A stretch of DNA of 64,000 nt from Acidobacteriota bacterium (GTDB lineage Bacteria > Acidobacteriota > UBA4820), in contig JAKQCT010000011.1 in NCBI GenBank assembly GCA_029559035.1, forward strand, positions 1,512-65,511. Direction: 5' to 3'. Below, in pieces: positions 15,224-23,971 of this stretch; position 1 is the stretch's first letter; each line of letters starts with the position of its first letter. Made by a program: the position numbers and the translations under genes. The notes below the pieces were generated by a model, which was not told the origin of the DNA, ran no database searches, and saw only the letters and a program-made list of their open reading frames with translations.

Positions 15224-18200
15224 ATGAAGCGCATTCTGATCGTTGTTCTTGTCCTGTCGGTTTCATTTACGGTAATGGCCCGATCTCCCCTAACCTTCGA
15301 GGAGAGGGTTAAGGCTCAGGAGGCTATAGAGCGGGTCTATTACAGCCACCGCATCTGGCCGAAGGAGAATCCCCAGCCCAAACCTTCCTTCGAGAAGATG
15401 GTTCCCAAAGAGTCCATCGAAGCGAAGGTGACCGATTACCTGAAAAAATGCGCCGCTCTCGACCAGTTCTGGCAGAGGCCGATCATCGCATCCCAGCTCC
15501 AGGCCGAGATGGATCGCATGGCAAAAGGAACAAAAGACCCGCAGATCTTAAACGAATTGTTCGCCGCGCTGAATAACGACCCGTATTTGATAGCAGAGTG
15601 CCTGGCCCGCCCCGTGCTGGCCGACAGGCTTATCCATAACTGGTACGCGAACGACGAGAGGTTCCACGCCGACGGCAGGGCGAAAGCCGAAGAGGCTGCG
15701 AAGGTGCTGACACCAGAGAACTTCTGTTCGTATCCTGAAGGCCAATACAACAAAATGTCCTATAGGCTGGAAATCGAGGAACGGGAAGAACTTGGAGAAG
15801 CGACTCCCCATGGCAATTCCATCAAGCTCGATGAAAAAGAGTTCGCGAAGATGCAGGCGGACATACCCGAAGAGGGGAAGATTTCTGAAATCCAGGAGAA
15901 AAACGATTTTTTCGTTATAACCCATACGATCTCAAAGAATGAAGTAGAGATCGAGGTTGAAAGCCTCTCTTTCCAGAAAACTAGCTTTGACGAGTGGTGG
16001 AAAGAAACTAACACCGCGTTTGAACAGTCTGATTCAGCAGATCAGACTGCAGAAGACATTTATTCGTTACCACCAACAACTGAAGCTGCATGCACAGAAG
16101 GGTGGGTGCGTTCAGGCCTGAATTCGTTTTTAGATAATCGTACCTTACACTCGGCTGTATGGACCGGCAGCGAAATGATCGTTTGGGGTGGAGAAGTAAC
16201 TAATGGGGCTCAAAGAAATGACGGCGCGAGATATAACCCGTCTACAGACACATGGACCATGACATCCACCGGGACAAACTGTCCAACGGCAAGAGCCGGG
16301 CATTCGGCCGTATGGACAGGAAATGAAATGATTATTTGGGGCGGTTACACCTCGAACGGCCCCACTACTTATTACAGAACTGGAGGAAGGTACAACCCCA
16401 ATACGGATTCTTGGACGGCTACTAGGTCTGACGGTACGTCCGCGGCTATTCGAGCTTTTCACACAGCCGTTTGGACAGGAACAGAGATGATAGTATGGGG
16501 AGGATACTATTGGGTATCAGGTTCTGGAGGAGGACAAATAAACACGGGAGGACGTTACACGCCAAGCGGTAACACATGGGTTCTCACATCTACGGGAACG
16601 AACTGCCCAACTATACGTCAAGGCCACTCTGCTGTCTGGAGCGGCTCTGAAATGATCATTTGGGGCGGACATAATGTTAATGGTTTTTTAAATACAGGAA
16701 GCCGGTACACGCCTTCTTCAAATTCATGGCAGGCTGTTTCCACAGGAACAAATTGCCCAACCAAACGCGAAAATCACACTTCTATTTGGACAGGGTCAAT
16801 GATGATCGTATGGGGCGGAAGCAGCACCTATTACGATCAAGCGCCATTAAGTACTGGAGCACAATATGACCCCTTGACAGATACTTGGAGCACTGTGTCC
16901 TCAGAAACGAATTGCCCATCTGCCCGCTCCAGCCACACGGCAGTCTGGACCGGAAGCATGATGATTATTTGGGGGGGGCGGACTTATGTTAACGCCTCAC
17001 CTTTCCCTTTTTACAGTTATTTCAACACCGGGGGGCTTTATGACCCACTAACGGATTCGTGGACAGCAACTTCTTCCGACATTAATTGCCCTTCCGCAAG
17101 ATCGGGACATCGCGCTGTCTGGACTGATTCTGAAATGATAATATGGGGAGGTAACGATAAGAATACGGGGGCGCGTTATAATCCTGGAACCGACACCTGG
17201 GTGCCAACATCTATGGGATATGATTCATCAATTGGGGCAGCCGAAAAAGCCGTTTGGACAGGCAACGAAATGATCGTCTGGGGGGGAGATTCCGGTATCG
17301 GAGGAGGAAGATACAATCTAGTGACAGACTCATGGAGTACTACATCCACGGGAGCAAATGTCCCTTCGCCGCGGAGAAGTTTTTCGACAGTTTGGACGGG
17401 AACAGAGATGATCGTGTGGGGTGGAATCACAGGAAGCTCAACTTGGACAAATACAGGCGGGAGGTATAATGCTATTAAAGATTCGTGGAAATCTACTTCA
17501 ACTGGCATAAATGTTCCTTCCGCGCGATATGAACATTGCAGTGTTTGGACTGGGACAGAGATGATAGTATGGGCGGGAGCCGGTAATGTCGGGAATACCG
17601 GTGGACGATACAACCCTATTGATGATACTTGGACAGCCACTTCAACGGGCGAGAATTGCCCGTCCGCTCGAAGATCCTGGCCTAGTGCTGTATGGACAGG
17701 TTCTGAAATGATTGTATGGGGGGGATCACCAGCCACAAACACCGGCGGAAGATACAATCCTTCAAGCGACAGCTGGATTGCCACTTCCACAGAAGCCAAC
17801 TGTCCATCCATAAGGTTTGGGCATACGGCCGTTTGGACAGGAACGGAAATGATAATTTGGGCCGGATCTACTAACAGCCCGACTACCGCATATTTTAACG
17901 ATGGAGGACGATATAACCCATCAACAGATTCATGGACACCAACTTCATCAACCTCGCTTGGCGTACGTGCTTATCATACAGCAGTCTGGACAGGTACTGA
18001 AATGGTCGTATGGGGTGGAACCTATTATGAAAGTCCCAACTCCTATCGTCTCAACACAGGTGGCAAATACAATCCAACTACAGAGACATGGGTTCCCACA
18101 TCTACCGGCACAGATTGCCCGACGCCGCGATATGGGCACACGGCAGTATGGGCAGGCGATGAAATGATAATATGGGGTGTGACGGGAAGTGGTGGAATAT

Positions 18201-19558
18201 ACTACATCCCATCTTCTCCAATAATTTCGGCCAACAATATTGCAATTGATGCATCATCCTGTAAAGATACAGGAATTTCTATAGAATGGAGCAATCCATC
18301 ATGGGGTGATGGAGGAAGCGGAACGAGGACATTCGACGTACTCAGGGACGGCGGCACGATTGCTACGGGCTTGTCATCGTCAACTCTTTCTTATGTAGAT
18401 ACGACAGGCGACAATGGCGTCTCTTATCTGTACCAGGTCCGAGCCAATAATGGTTGCGGCTCATCAACGACAACCGCGGGAACTTCTGCGGCCGATGTCA
18501 TTGATGTTTATCCCACTCCCTCAATCTCAGGCAACACTGCGGGCTGTTCCATTTCCGGCGTAACAATCAGCACCGGCTCATTCTCGACATATCAATGGAA
18601 TTACGAAGGAGAGGCAATTGTCGGAGCGACAAGCCAGAGCTATCAGGCTTTCGACAGCGGGAATTACTCGGTAACAGTAAGCAACGAAGGGGACTGCTCA
18701 GGCACGTCGAGTACACATAATGTCACCGTCTATTCAACTCCTCCTGTGGTCTCCGGTGATTCTTCCGCCTGCACGGGCTCCATCATCACTCTTTCAACAG
18801 GGGCTTATCCTTCCTACCAGTGGTACAAGGATGGGGTCCTTATAGACGGCGCGACCAGGCAGACACTTGACGTATCTCTGCCGGGCACATACTCGGTGTT
18901 CGTGGATGTTCCGGAAGGAGTCTGTTCCGGGACATCAGGAGGCCATGTTGTTCAGTTCGCAGATCCGCCGGCGAATCCTCCTGTCATATCCGGAGGTTCG
19001 TCCAACACCTGCCCCGCCACTTTCCTGACATTGCAGACGACGGAAGCTTTCGGCAGTTATCAGTGGTATCACAACGGCAACCTTATCCCAGGAGCGACCG
19101 GGCAAACTTTCTCAGCGACATTGTCTGGAAACTATTCGATTTCGGCCGGAGCAGTTTCTGGATGTCAGCTGTCTTCAGCGACACATTCTGTTTCTATAAG
19201 TTTCTGTCCACCCTCAGAAGTGAGCCCGAAAATGGCCGTCTATCCTGCCGCGATGAAAAAGGATACGGGTTCATCTACGGGCTATTATCTCTACTTCCAG
19301 AAGATCGACGGAGTGACAGGCTACAATATTTATGAGGGAACTCTGGGCAGTTGGTACAGTCATTCCGGGCAGCCGGGCAATGTCTGCGCGGCGACCGTCA
19401 CGGACCTCGGGACCGGCGAGACGAGGGCGGAGATAAGCCCGAGCGAAGGGAATCATTATTACCTTGTGACGGCGTATTCCGGCTCGGTTGAAGGGCCGAG
19501 CGGATTCAATTCGGTAAATGCCGAGATTGACCCGCTACTCAGTTCGTGCAGTCCGTAG
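15224..19558 (+). CDS. Secreted giant multidomain protein K2 (paralogue of K1): N-domain, 14 Kelch blades, FN3-like module, 4 Ig-like repeats, shared C-domain
   Basis: 1444 aa. Signal peptide MKRILIVVLVLSVSFTVMA. 14 WGG-type Kelch repeats. FN3-like ISIEWSNP..YLYQVRANNGCG. 4 YQW/GAT.Q Ig-like repeats. Lies 13 nt after the K1 stop with a GGGGG RBS in the spacer. Confidence 0.9.
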   Translation: MKRILIVVLVLSVSFTVMARSPLTFEERVKAQEAIERVYYSHRIWPKENPQPKPSFEKMVPKESIEAKVTDYLKKCAALDQFWQRPIIASQLQAEMDRMAKGTKDPQILNELFAALNNDPYLIAECLARPVLADRLIHNWYANDERFHADGRAKAEEAAKVLTPENFCSYPEGQYNKMSYRLEIEEREELGEATPHGNSIKLDEKEFAKMQADIPEEGKISEIQEKNDFFVITHTISKNEVEIEVESLSFQKTSFDEWWKETNTAFEQSDSADQTAEDIYSLPPTTEAACTEGWVRSGLNSFLDNRTLHSAVWTGSEMIVWGGEVTNGAQRNDGARYNPSTDTWTMTSTGTNCPTARAGHSAVWTGNEMIIWGGYTSNGPTTYYRTGGRYNPNTDSWTATRSDGTSAAIRAFHTAVWTGTEMIVWGGYYWVSGSGGGQINTGGRYTPSGNTWVLTSTGTNCPTIRQGHSAVWSGSEMIIWGGHNVNGFLNTGSRYTPSSNSWQAVSTGTNCPTKRENHTSIWTGSMMIVWGGSSTYYDQAPLSTGAQYDPLTDTWSTVSSETNCPSARSSHTAVWTGSMMIIWGGRTYVNASPFPFYSYFNTGGLYDPLTDSWTATSSDINCPSARSGHRAVWTDSEMIIWGGNDKNTGARYNPGTDTWVPTSMGYDSSIGAAEKAVWTGNEMIVWGGDSGIGGGRYNLVTDSWSTTSTGANVPSPRRSFSTVWTGTEMIVWGGITGSSTWTNTGGRYNAIKDSWKSTSTGINVPSARYEHCSVWTGTEMIVWAGAGNVGNTGGRYNPIDDTWTATSTGENCPSARRSWPSAVWTGSEMIVWGGSPATNTGGRYNPSSDSWIATSTEANCPSIRFGHTAVWTGTEMIIWAGSTNSPTTAYFNDGGRYNPSTDSWTPTSSTSLGVRAYHTAVWTGTEMVVWGGTYYESPNSYRLNTGGKYNPTTETWVPTSTGTDCPTPRYGHTAVWAGDEMIIWGVTGSGGIYYIPSSPIISANNIAIDASSCKDTGISIEWSNPSWGDGGSGTRTFDVLRDGGTIATGLSSSTLSYVDTTGDNGVSYLYQVRANNGCGSSTTTAGTSAADVIDVYPTPSISGNTAGCSISGVTISTGSFSTYQWNYEGEAIVGATSQSYQAFDSGNYSVTVSNEGDCSGTSSTHNVTVYSTPPVVSGDSSACTGSIITLSTGAYPSYQWYKDGVLIDGATRQTLDVSLPGTYSVFVDVPEGVCSGTSGGHVVQFADPPANPPVISGGSSNTCPATFLTLQTTEAFGSYQWYHNGNLIPGATGQTFSATLSGNYSISAGAVSGCQLSSATHSVSISFCPPSEVSPKMAVYPAAMKKDTGSSTGYYLYFQKIDGVTGYNIYEGTLGSWYSHSGQPGNVCAATVTDLGTGETRAEISPSEGNHYYLVTAYSGSVEGPSGFNSVNAEIDPLLSSCSP

Positions 19559-19584
19559 CTATTCCGGGAACGCTTTCTTAAATG

Positions 19585-19621
19585 AAGCCGGGCGCCCTCC
19601 AAAGGCGCCCGGCTTGTTTTT
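19585..19621. terminator. Strong hairpin terminator between convergent genes
   Basis: AAGCCGGGCGCC (19585-19596), CTCCAAA loop, GGCGCCCGGCTT (19604-19615), then GTTTTT. Confidence 0.8.
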
Positions 19622-19640
19622 AACGAATGACAACCCCTAA

Positions 19641-20474
19641 TCATGCCTTCATTTTTTTCCTTATCTTGTAAATTCCCCCGACCACAAGCGCGAAGAGAAG
19701 GAAGAGGGCGGCGAGGGGCCACAGGTAAACCAGGGCGATGCAGAAGTTGACGAAGAAGTTCCAGCCTCCGGAGAAGGCATTTTGTAGCTTCTCGCCGTAG
19801 TGGCTCCTGGCCGTTACGGGCTGGCGGTAGGTTATGGTCAGGGTGCTGAAGGCGACGCTCTTGGAAAGGTAGCGGAGCCTGCCTTCGGACCGCTCGATCT
19901 CTTCCCTGACGCTTGCGATCTGGGCTTCGACGGCGAGGATGTCGCTGATGCTCGCGGTTTTGGCGAGGAGCTGCCTGAAGGTCGCCTCCAGCTCCTTCTT
20001 GTTCCTGATCCTCACCTCGAGGTCCATGTATTCCTCGGTGACGTCCAATGCGTCGATCTTCTTCGAATCGAACTCCCCCGCGTGCTGTTCCAGGAGTGAG
20101 AGGAACCTGTCGAAGTTCTCGGCGGGGATCCTGACCGTGCAGACGGCTTCTATGGAAGAGGCGCCGGCTGTCTGCGTCTCCGTGCCGTAGTACGAGCCGG
20201 TCTCCCGGACTATCTGGTCGATCCTGGTCTTGGTCTCGGAAAGGCTTTTAGTCTTAAAGGATATCGAGCCTTCCCTGATCAGCTTCCGGTCTATCGCGGC
20301 GGCAGACGGGGATGGTCTGTCGGCTCTTGACGACGATTCGTCCGCCTCCGCCGGAGAGGATTTCCTCGCCATCTCGGGAGCGGCGGCCCCGGAGACCATC
20401 TGCTTTGAAGGTTTGGAACAGGACATCGCCGCAAGCATCGCGGCTGCAAGAAGGATAAAGAGCCTGATCTTCAT
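19641..20474 (-). CDS. DUF4349-like lipoprotein with coiled coil and C-terminal TM segments
   Basis: 277 aa. Lipobox LAAMSC. Central DVTEEYMDLEVRIRNKKELE..LAVEAQIASVREEIERSEGRL. C-terminal hydrophobic WNFFVNFCIALVYLWPLAALFLLFALVVGGIY. Confidence 0.65.
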   Translation of the reverse strand: MKIRLFILLAAAMLAAMSCSKPSKQMVSGAAAPEMARKSSPAEADESSSRADRPSPSAAAIDRKLIREGSISFKTKSLSETKTRIDQIVRETGSYYGTETQTAGASSIEAVCTVRIPAENFDRFLSLLEQHAGEFDSKKIDALDVTEEYMDLEVRIRNKKELEATFRQLLAKTASISDILAVEAQIASVREEIERSEGRLRYLSKSVAFSTLTITYRQPVTARSHYGEKLQNAFSGGWNFFVNFCIALVYLWPLAALFLLFALVVGGIYKIRKKMKA

Positions 20475-20565
20475 CTTTTCTCTCCTCTTTGAAAGACCAT
20501 TGTAGGAGCAAGGGGGGAATTGTTCAAGGATTTTTTGCTATAATAGCGGCAGGAGGAAATTTGGA

Positions 20566-21135
20566 ATGAAGAGAAAAACGCTTCTTGTCGTTCTGCTTTT
20601 CTCGGCCGTCATGCTCCTTTCGAAGGAGATCGAAGGCGTCTTCTTCCCCGACACGCTTGAATCCGACGGAAAAAAACTGGTGCTGAACGGCGTCGGGCTC
20701 AGGCTGAAGAAGGTTTTGATGCTTGAGGTGAAGGTCTACGCCGGAGGGCTTTACCTCGAGCAGAAGAACCAGAGCCCGAAGGAGATCCTCGGCGACGACA
20801 AGGCCAAGGCCGTCGTGATGCACTTTCTCTACAAGAAAGTCGAGAGCGAGAAGCTGAGGGAAGCTTTCGTGGAAGGCTTCGAGGCGAACTGCCCCGCGGA
20901 AGCGAAGAAGCTTAAGCCCCAGATAGACAAGTTCCTCGCTTTCTGGCCAGAAATGCTGAAGGACGACCAGGCCAGGCTGATATATGTGCCCGAGGTCGGG
21001 ACGAGGGTGATCATCAAGGGAAGGGAAGCGGGGTTGATTGAAGGGCCGCAGTTCGCTAAACTGCTCTTTTCAATATGGCTGGGCCCGAAGCCCCCGAACC
21101 AGGAACTGAAGACGGGGATGCTCCTGGGGTCGTAA
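20566..21135 (+). CDS. Secreted chalcone-isomerase-like family protein
   Basis: 189 aa. Signal peptide, then LVLNGVGLRLKKVLMLEVKVYAGGLYLE, typical of bacterial CHI-like proteins. An extended -10 (TGCTATAAT) lies about 30 nt upstream. Confidence 0.7.
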   Translation: MKRKTLLVVLLFSAVMLLSKEIEGVFFPDTLESDGKKLVLNGVGLRLKKVLMLEVKVYAGGLYLEQKNQSPKEILGDDKAKAVVMHFLYKKVESEKLREAFVEGFEANCPAEAKKLKPQIDKFLAFWPEMLKDDQARLIYVPEVGTRVIIKGREAGLIEGPQFAKLLFSIWLGPKPPNQELKTGMLLGS

Positions 21136-21173
21136 TCCAAACTTGTTCCTCTGTCATGGGATAGGATCGGAAA

Positions 21174-22907
21174 ATGGGTGAAGACGTTAAAAAGATCGGT
21201 AGGTACGAGATCCTCGACAAGCTCGGGCAGGGCGCGATGGGCATCGTCTACAAGGCGATGGACCCCAACATCGGAAGGATAGTCGCTTTGAAGACCATCT
21301 CGCAATCGGCGACCCTTCCCGAAGCGCAGAAAAAGGAGTACGCCGCCCGTTTCTTCAGGGAAGCCAAAGCGGCGGGTTCCCTCCAGCATCCCAACATCGT
21401 GACCATCTACGACATGGACGAGGACCAGGGTATCCCCTATATCGCGATGGAATACGTCGAGGGCAAGAGCCTTTCGAAGATGATCGAGGAGCAGGGAAGG
21501 ATCCCCTGGAACGACGCTGTCGCGATAATCAAAGCCACGGCCGAAGGGCTGATGTACGCCCACGAGAAGGGGATCGTCCACAGGGACATCAAGCCCGACA
21601 ATATCCTGATAGACAGGAACGGAAGGCCGGTCGTCACCGACTTCGGCATCGCGCACCTGCAGGAGAGCAGCCTCACGAGGACAGGCGAGGTCCTCGGGAC
21701 CCCCTTCTTCATGAGCCCGGAGCAGATCCTCGAAGGGAAGCTGGACGCGAGGAGCGACCTTTTCTCCCTCGGCGTCGTTTTCTACCTTATGCTGACGGGA
21801 CACAGGCCCTTCAGGGGGGAAACGATATCCAGCATCTGCTACCACATAGTACACACTCCTCCGGAACAGCTTCCCACGGACGATTCGATTCCTTCGCACC
21901 TCATGCCGATCCTGAACAAGATGCTGGAAAAGGACCCGGACAGGAGGTACGCGGGAGAAAAACCGCTCATCGCCGACCTTGAAAAAGCCCTCGGCGGACA
22001 CACCGTGATGCAGGCGGAAGTCGAGACCATCAACAGGCCCGTACAGCCGGAAACGCCCAGGCCCCAGCCGGAGAAACAGGCGGCTCAGCCGCCGGCGGCG
22101 CCTAAGGCTAAACCCGCGTCCAAAACTCCCGCGCCTCCGCCCGCCCCATCTGTTCCCGCCGCGCCGAAGAAAAAATCCTCCGCGATGCCCCTCGTCATCA
22201 TCGGTGGCATCGCGTTCGTTGTATTCCTCGCGGCGGTCCTGGGCGGGGGATACTACATGTACAGCAAGGGGTTTTTCGGGGGAAAGGGCGGGGAGAATAT
22301 AGAAGAACCGCCTGCAGTGAGCGAACCGGACACGGGAGGAGACCTGCCCGAAACGCCGCAAGTGGAGCAGAGGATTCCCCCTGACGATTACCAGGAGCCG
22401 AAGCAGGACACTCCCAGGAGCGGCACGCAGCCATCGGGTGAAACGACCCAGCCTCCGCCGGTGAAAAGGCCGGTGAAGCAGCAGGAAGAGCGTCCCGCCG
22501 TCCAGCCGAAAGAGCCGGATACGCCTCCTCCGCCGACCGCGGAAGAGACCAAACCCGTCCAAACCAAGCCGGCCAAGATCGGCCTGGTCTTTGAAACGAG
22601 GATCTCGGAGATCTCCCTCACTTTTTACCTGGATGGTGAAGAGAAACTGCGAGAGGTTTACACGGCGGAGAGCGGGACGCGGTTCACTCAGGAATTCAGA
22701 GTGCCGCCCGGACAGCATTCGATCAGGGTGGTGGTCCAGGCTACCAAGTTCCCTCCGTTCATCAGGGAGGGTTCGTTCAACATCGACCTGTCGGAAGGCG
22801 GGCATCAGGTGATCAAGATAGAGCCGTCCAGGAAGCCCGCGCCCAGGCTGACAATCAAGAAGATCGACGTCATAACGGGGGCGAGCACGACGATAATGGA
22901 AAAATAG
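21174..22907 (+). CDS. Transmembrane Hanks-type Ser/Thr protein kinase
   Basis: 577 aa. GQGAMGIVYKA..VALK, HRDIKPDNIL, DFGIA, GTPFFMSPEQ. Pro-rich linker. One TM (LVIIGGIAFVVFLAAVLGGGYYMY). About 200 aa of extracytoplasmic tail. Confidence 0.9.
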   Translation: MGEDVKKIGRYEILDKLGQGAMGIVYKAMDPNIGRIVALKTISQSATLPEAQKKEYAARFFREAKAAGSLQHPNIVTIYDMDEDQGIPYIAMEYVEGKSLSKMIEEQGRIPWNDAVAIIKATAEGLMYAHEKGIVHRDIKPDNILIDRNGRPVVTDFGIAHLQESSLTRTGEVLGTPFFMSPEQILEGKLDARSDLFSLGVVFYLMLTGHRPFRGETISSICYHIVHTPPEQLPTDDSIPSHLMPILNKMLEKDPDRRYAGEKPLIADLEKALGGHTVMQAEVETINRPVQPETPRPQPEKQAAQPPAAPKAKPASKTPAPPPAPSVPAAPKKKSSAMPLVIIGGIAFVVFLAAVLGGGYYMYSKGFFGGKGGENIEEPPAVSEPDTGGDLPETPQVEQRIPPDDYQEPKQDTPRSGTQPSGETTQPPPVKRPVKQQEERPAVQPKEPDTPPPPTAEETKPVQTKPAKIGLVFETRISEISLTFYLDGEEKLREVYTAESGTRFTQEFRVPPGQHSIRVVVQATKFPPFIREGSFNIDLSEGGHQVIKIEPSRKPAPRLTIKKIDVITGASTTIMEK

Positions 22908-22926
22908 ACGGCTGACACTGAGCAGA

Positions 22927-22960
22927 TAAAAAAGGCAGGCTTCCGGGCCTGCCTTTTTGT
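22927..22960. terminator. Bidirectional hairpin terminator
   Basis: A-run, GGCAGGC (22934-22940), 6-nt loop, GCCTGCC (22947-22953), T-run. Lies between the convergent kinase and nadA genes. Confidence 0.7.
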
Positions 22961-22984
22961 TTCCATAGCAAGCGGCCCGGGGCG

Positions 22985-23929
22985 TCAGGAAATGCTTACC
23001 ATCCGCTCGATGGGCACTATCGCCTTCTTCCGGATATCTTCGGGGACCTTCACTTCGTAAACGCCGTTCTCGAGGCTGTTCAACACCTTTTCGGGAGTGA
23101 TCAGCTTCATGTACCTGCACTCCATCTCGCGGGAAACCGGGTAAAATTCGGATGCGGGCGAAGCCTTCTTGAGCCTGTGGAATATACCGGTCTCCGTCGC
23201 GACGACATATTCCTTTCCCATTTCCTTTTCCACCTCGCGGACCATCCCTTCGGTCGAGAAGATCGTCTTCTCGTCTTCGCCTTTTTCGGCCGCTTCTATC
23301 ATGCAGGAGGTGACGCATCCGCATTCGGGGTGTATCAGGAATCTCGCTCCGGGGTGCGCGGACCTCGCGTTCTCGATGTCGGAAGGGCTGACCGCGGCGT
23401 GGACGTGGCACTCGCCAGCCCAGAGGCGGATGTTCTTCCTCCCCGTCTTCCTCGCGACGAACGCCCCCAGGAACATGTCGGGGCCGAAAAGGACGGGTTT
23501 TTCGGGGGGGATAGAGTCAACCACTTTGACAGCGTTCGAGGACGTCACGCAGTAATCGCTGAGGGATTTCACGGCTGCGCTGGTGTTGACATAGGTGACC
23601 ACGACCGCGTCGGGGTATCTTTCCTTCCACGCCTTGAGCTGGTCGAACTGCAAACTGTCGCTGAGGGAGCATCCCGCCTCCGGGTCGGGGAGGAGGACCT
23701 TCTTGTCGGGGCAGAGGATCGAGGCCGTCTCCGCCATGAAATGGACACCGCAGAAAACGATCAGGCTCTGCTTGACATCCCCGGCCTTCTGCGAAAGGCC
23801 CAGCGAATCTCCCACGAAATCCGCCATGTCCTGGATCTCCGGAAGCTGGTAATTGTGGGCGAGGATGCAGGCATCTTTCTGTTTTTTGAGGGCAAGTATC
23901 TTTTCTGTAAGCTCTCTCTTGTCAGTCAT
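22985..23929 (-). CDS. nadA: Quinolinate synthase
   Basis: MTDKRELTEKILALKKQKDACILAHNYQLPEIQDMADFVGDSLGLSQKA matches the short Thermotoga-type NadA N-terminus. The track ORF extends to a TTG at 23971; I prefer the ATG at 23929. Confidence 0.9.
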   Translation of the reverse strand: MTDKRELTEKILALKKQKDACILAHNYQLPEIQDMADFVGDSLGLSQKAGDVKQSLIVFCGVHFMAETASILCPDKKVLLPDPEAGCSLSDSLQFDQLKAWKERYPDAVVVTYVNTSAAVKSLSDYCVTSSNAVKVVDSIPPEKPVLFGPDMFLGAFVARKTGRKNIRLWAGECHVHAAVSPSDIENARSAHPGARFLIHPECGCVTSCMIEAAEKGEDEKTIFSTEGMVREVEKEMGKEYVVATETGIFHRLKKASPASEFYPVSREMECRYMKLITPEKVLNSLENGVYEVKVPEDIRKKAIVPIERMVSIS

Positions 23930-23971
23930 TCCGTCACCCGCGAAATATTCTGTCCCTTTCCGGAAAAACAA

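Noticed and set aside
11239-19558. Diversity-generating retroelement or other templated hypervariation acting on the Kelch genes
   Set aside because: No reverse transcriptase or template repeat lies in the window. Differences between paralogous segments are spread over all four bases rather than being adenine-specific.
20829-23411. 860-aa ORF on the minus strand
   Set aside because: It runs antisense across three well-supported genes (CHI-like, Ser/Thr kinase, nadA). The translation is Arg/Pro/Gly-rich low complexity with no motifs. This is a typical stop-poor antisense frame in GC-rich DNA.
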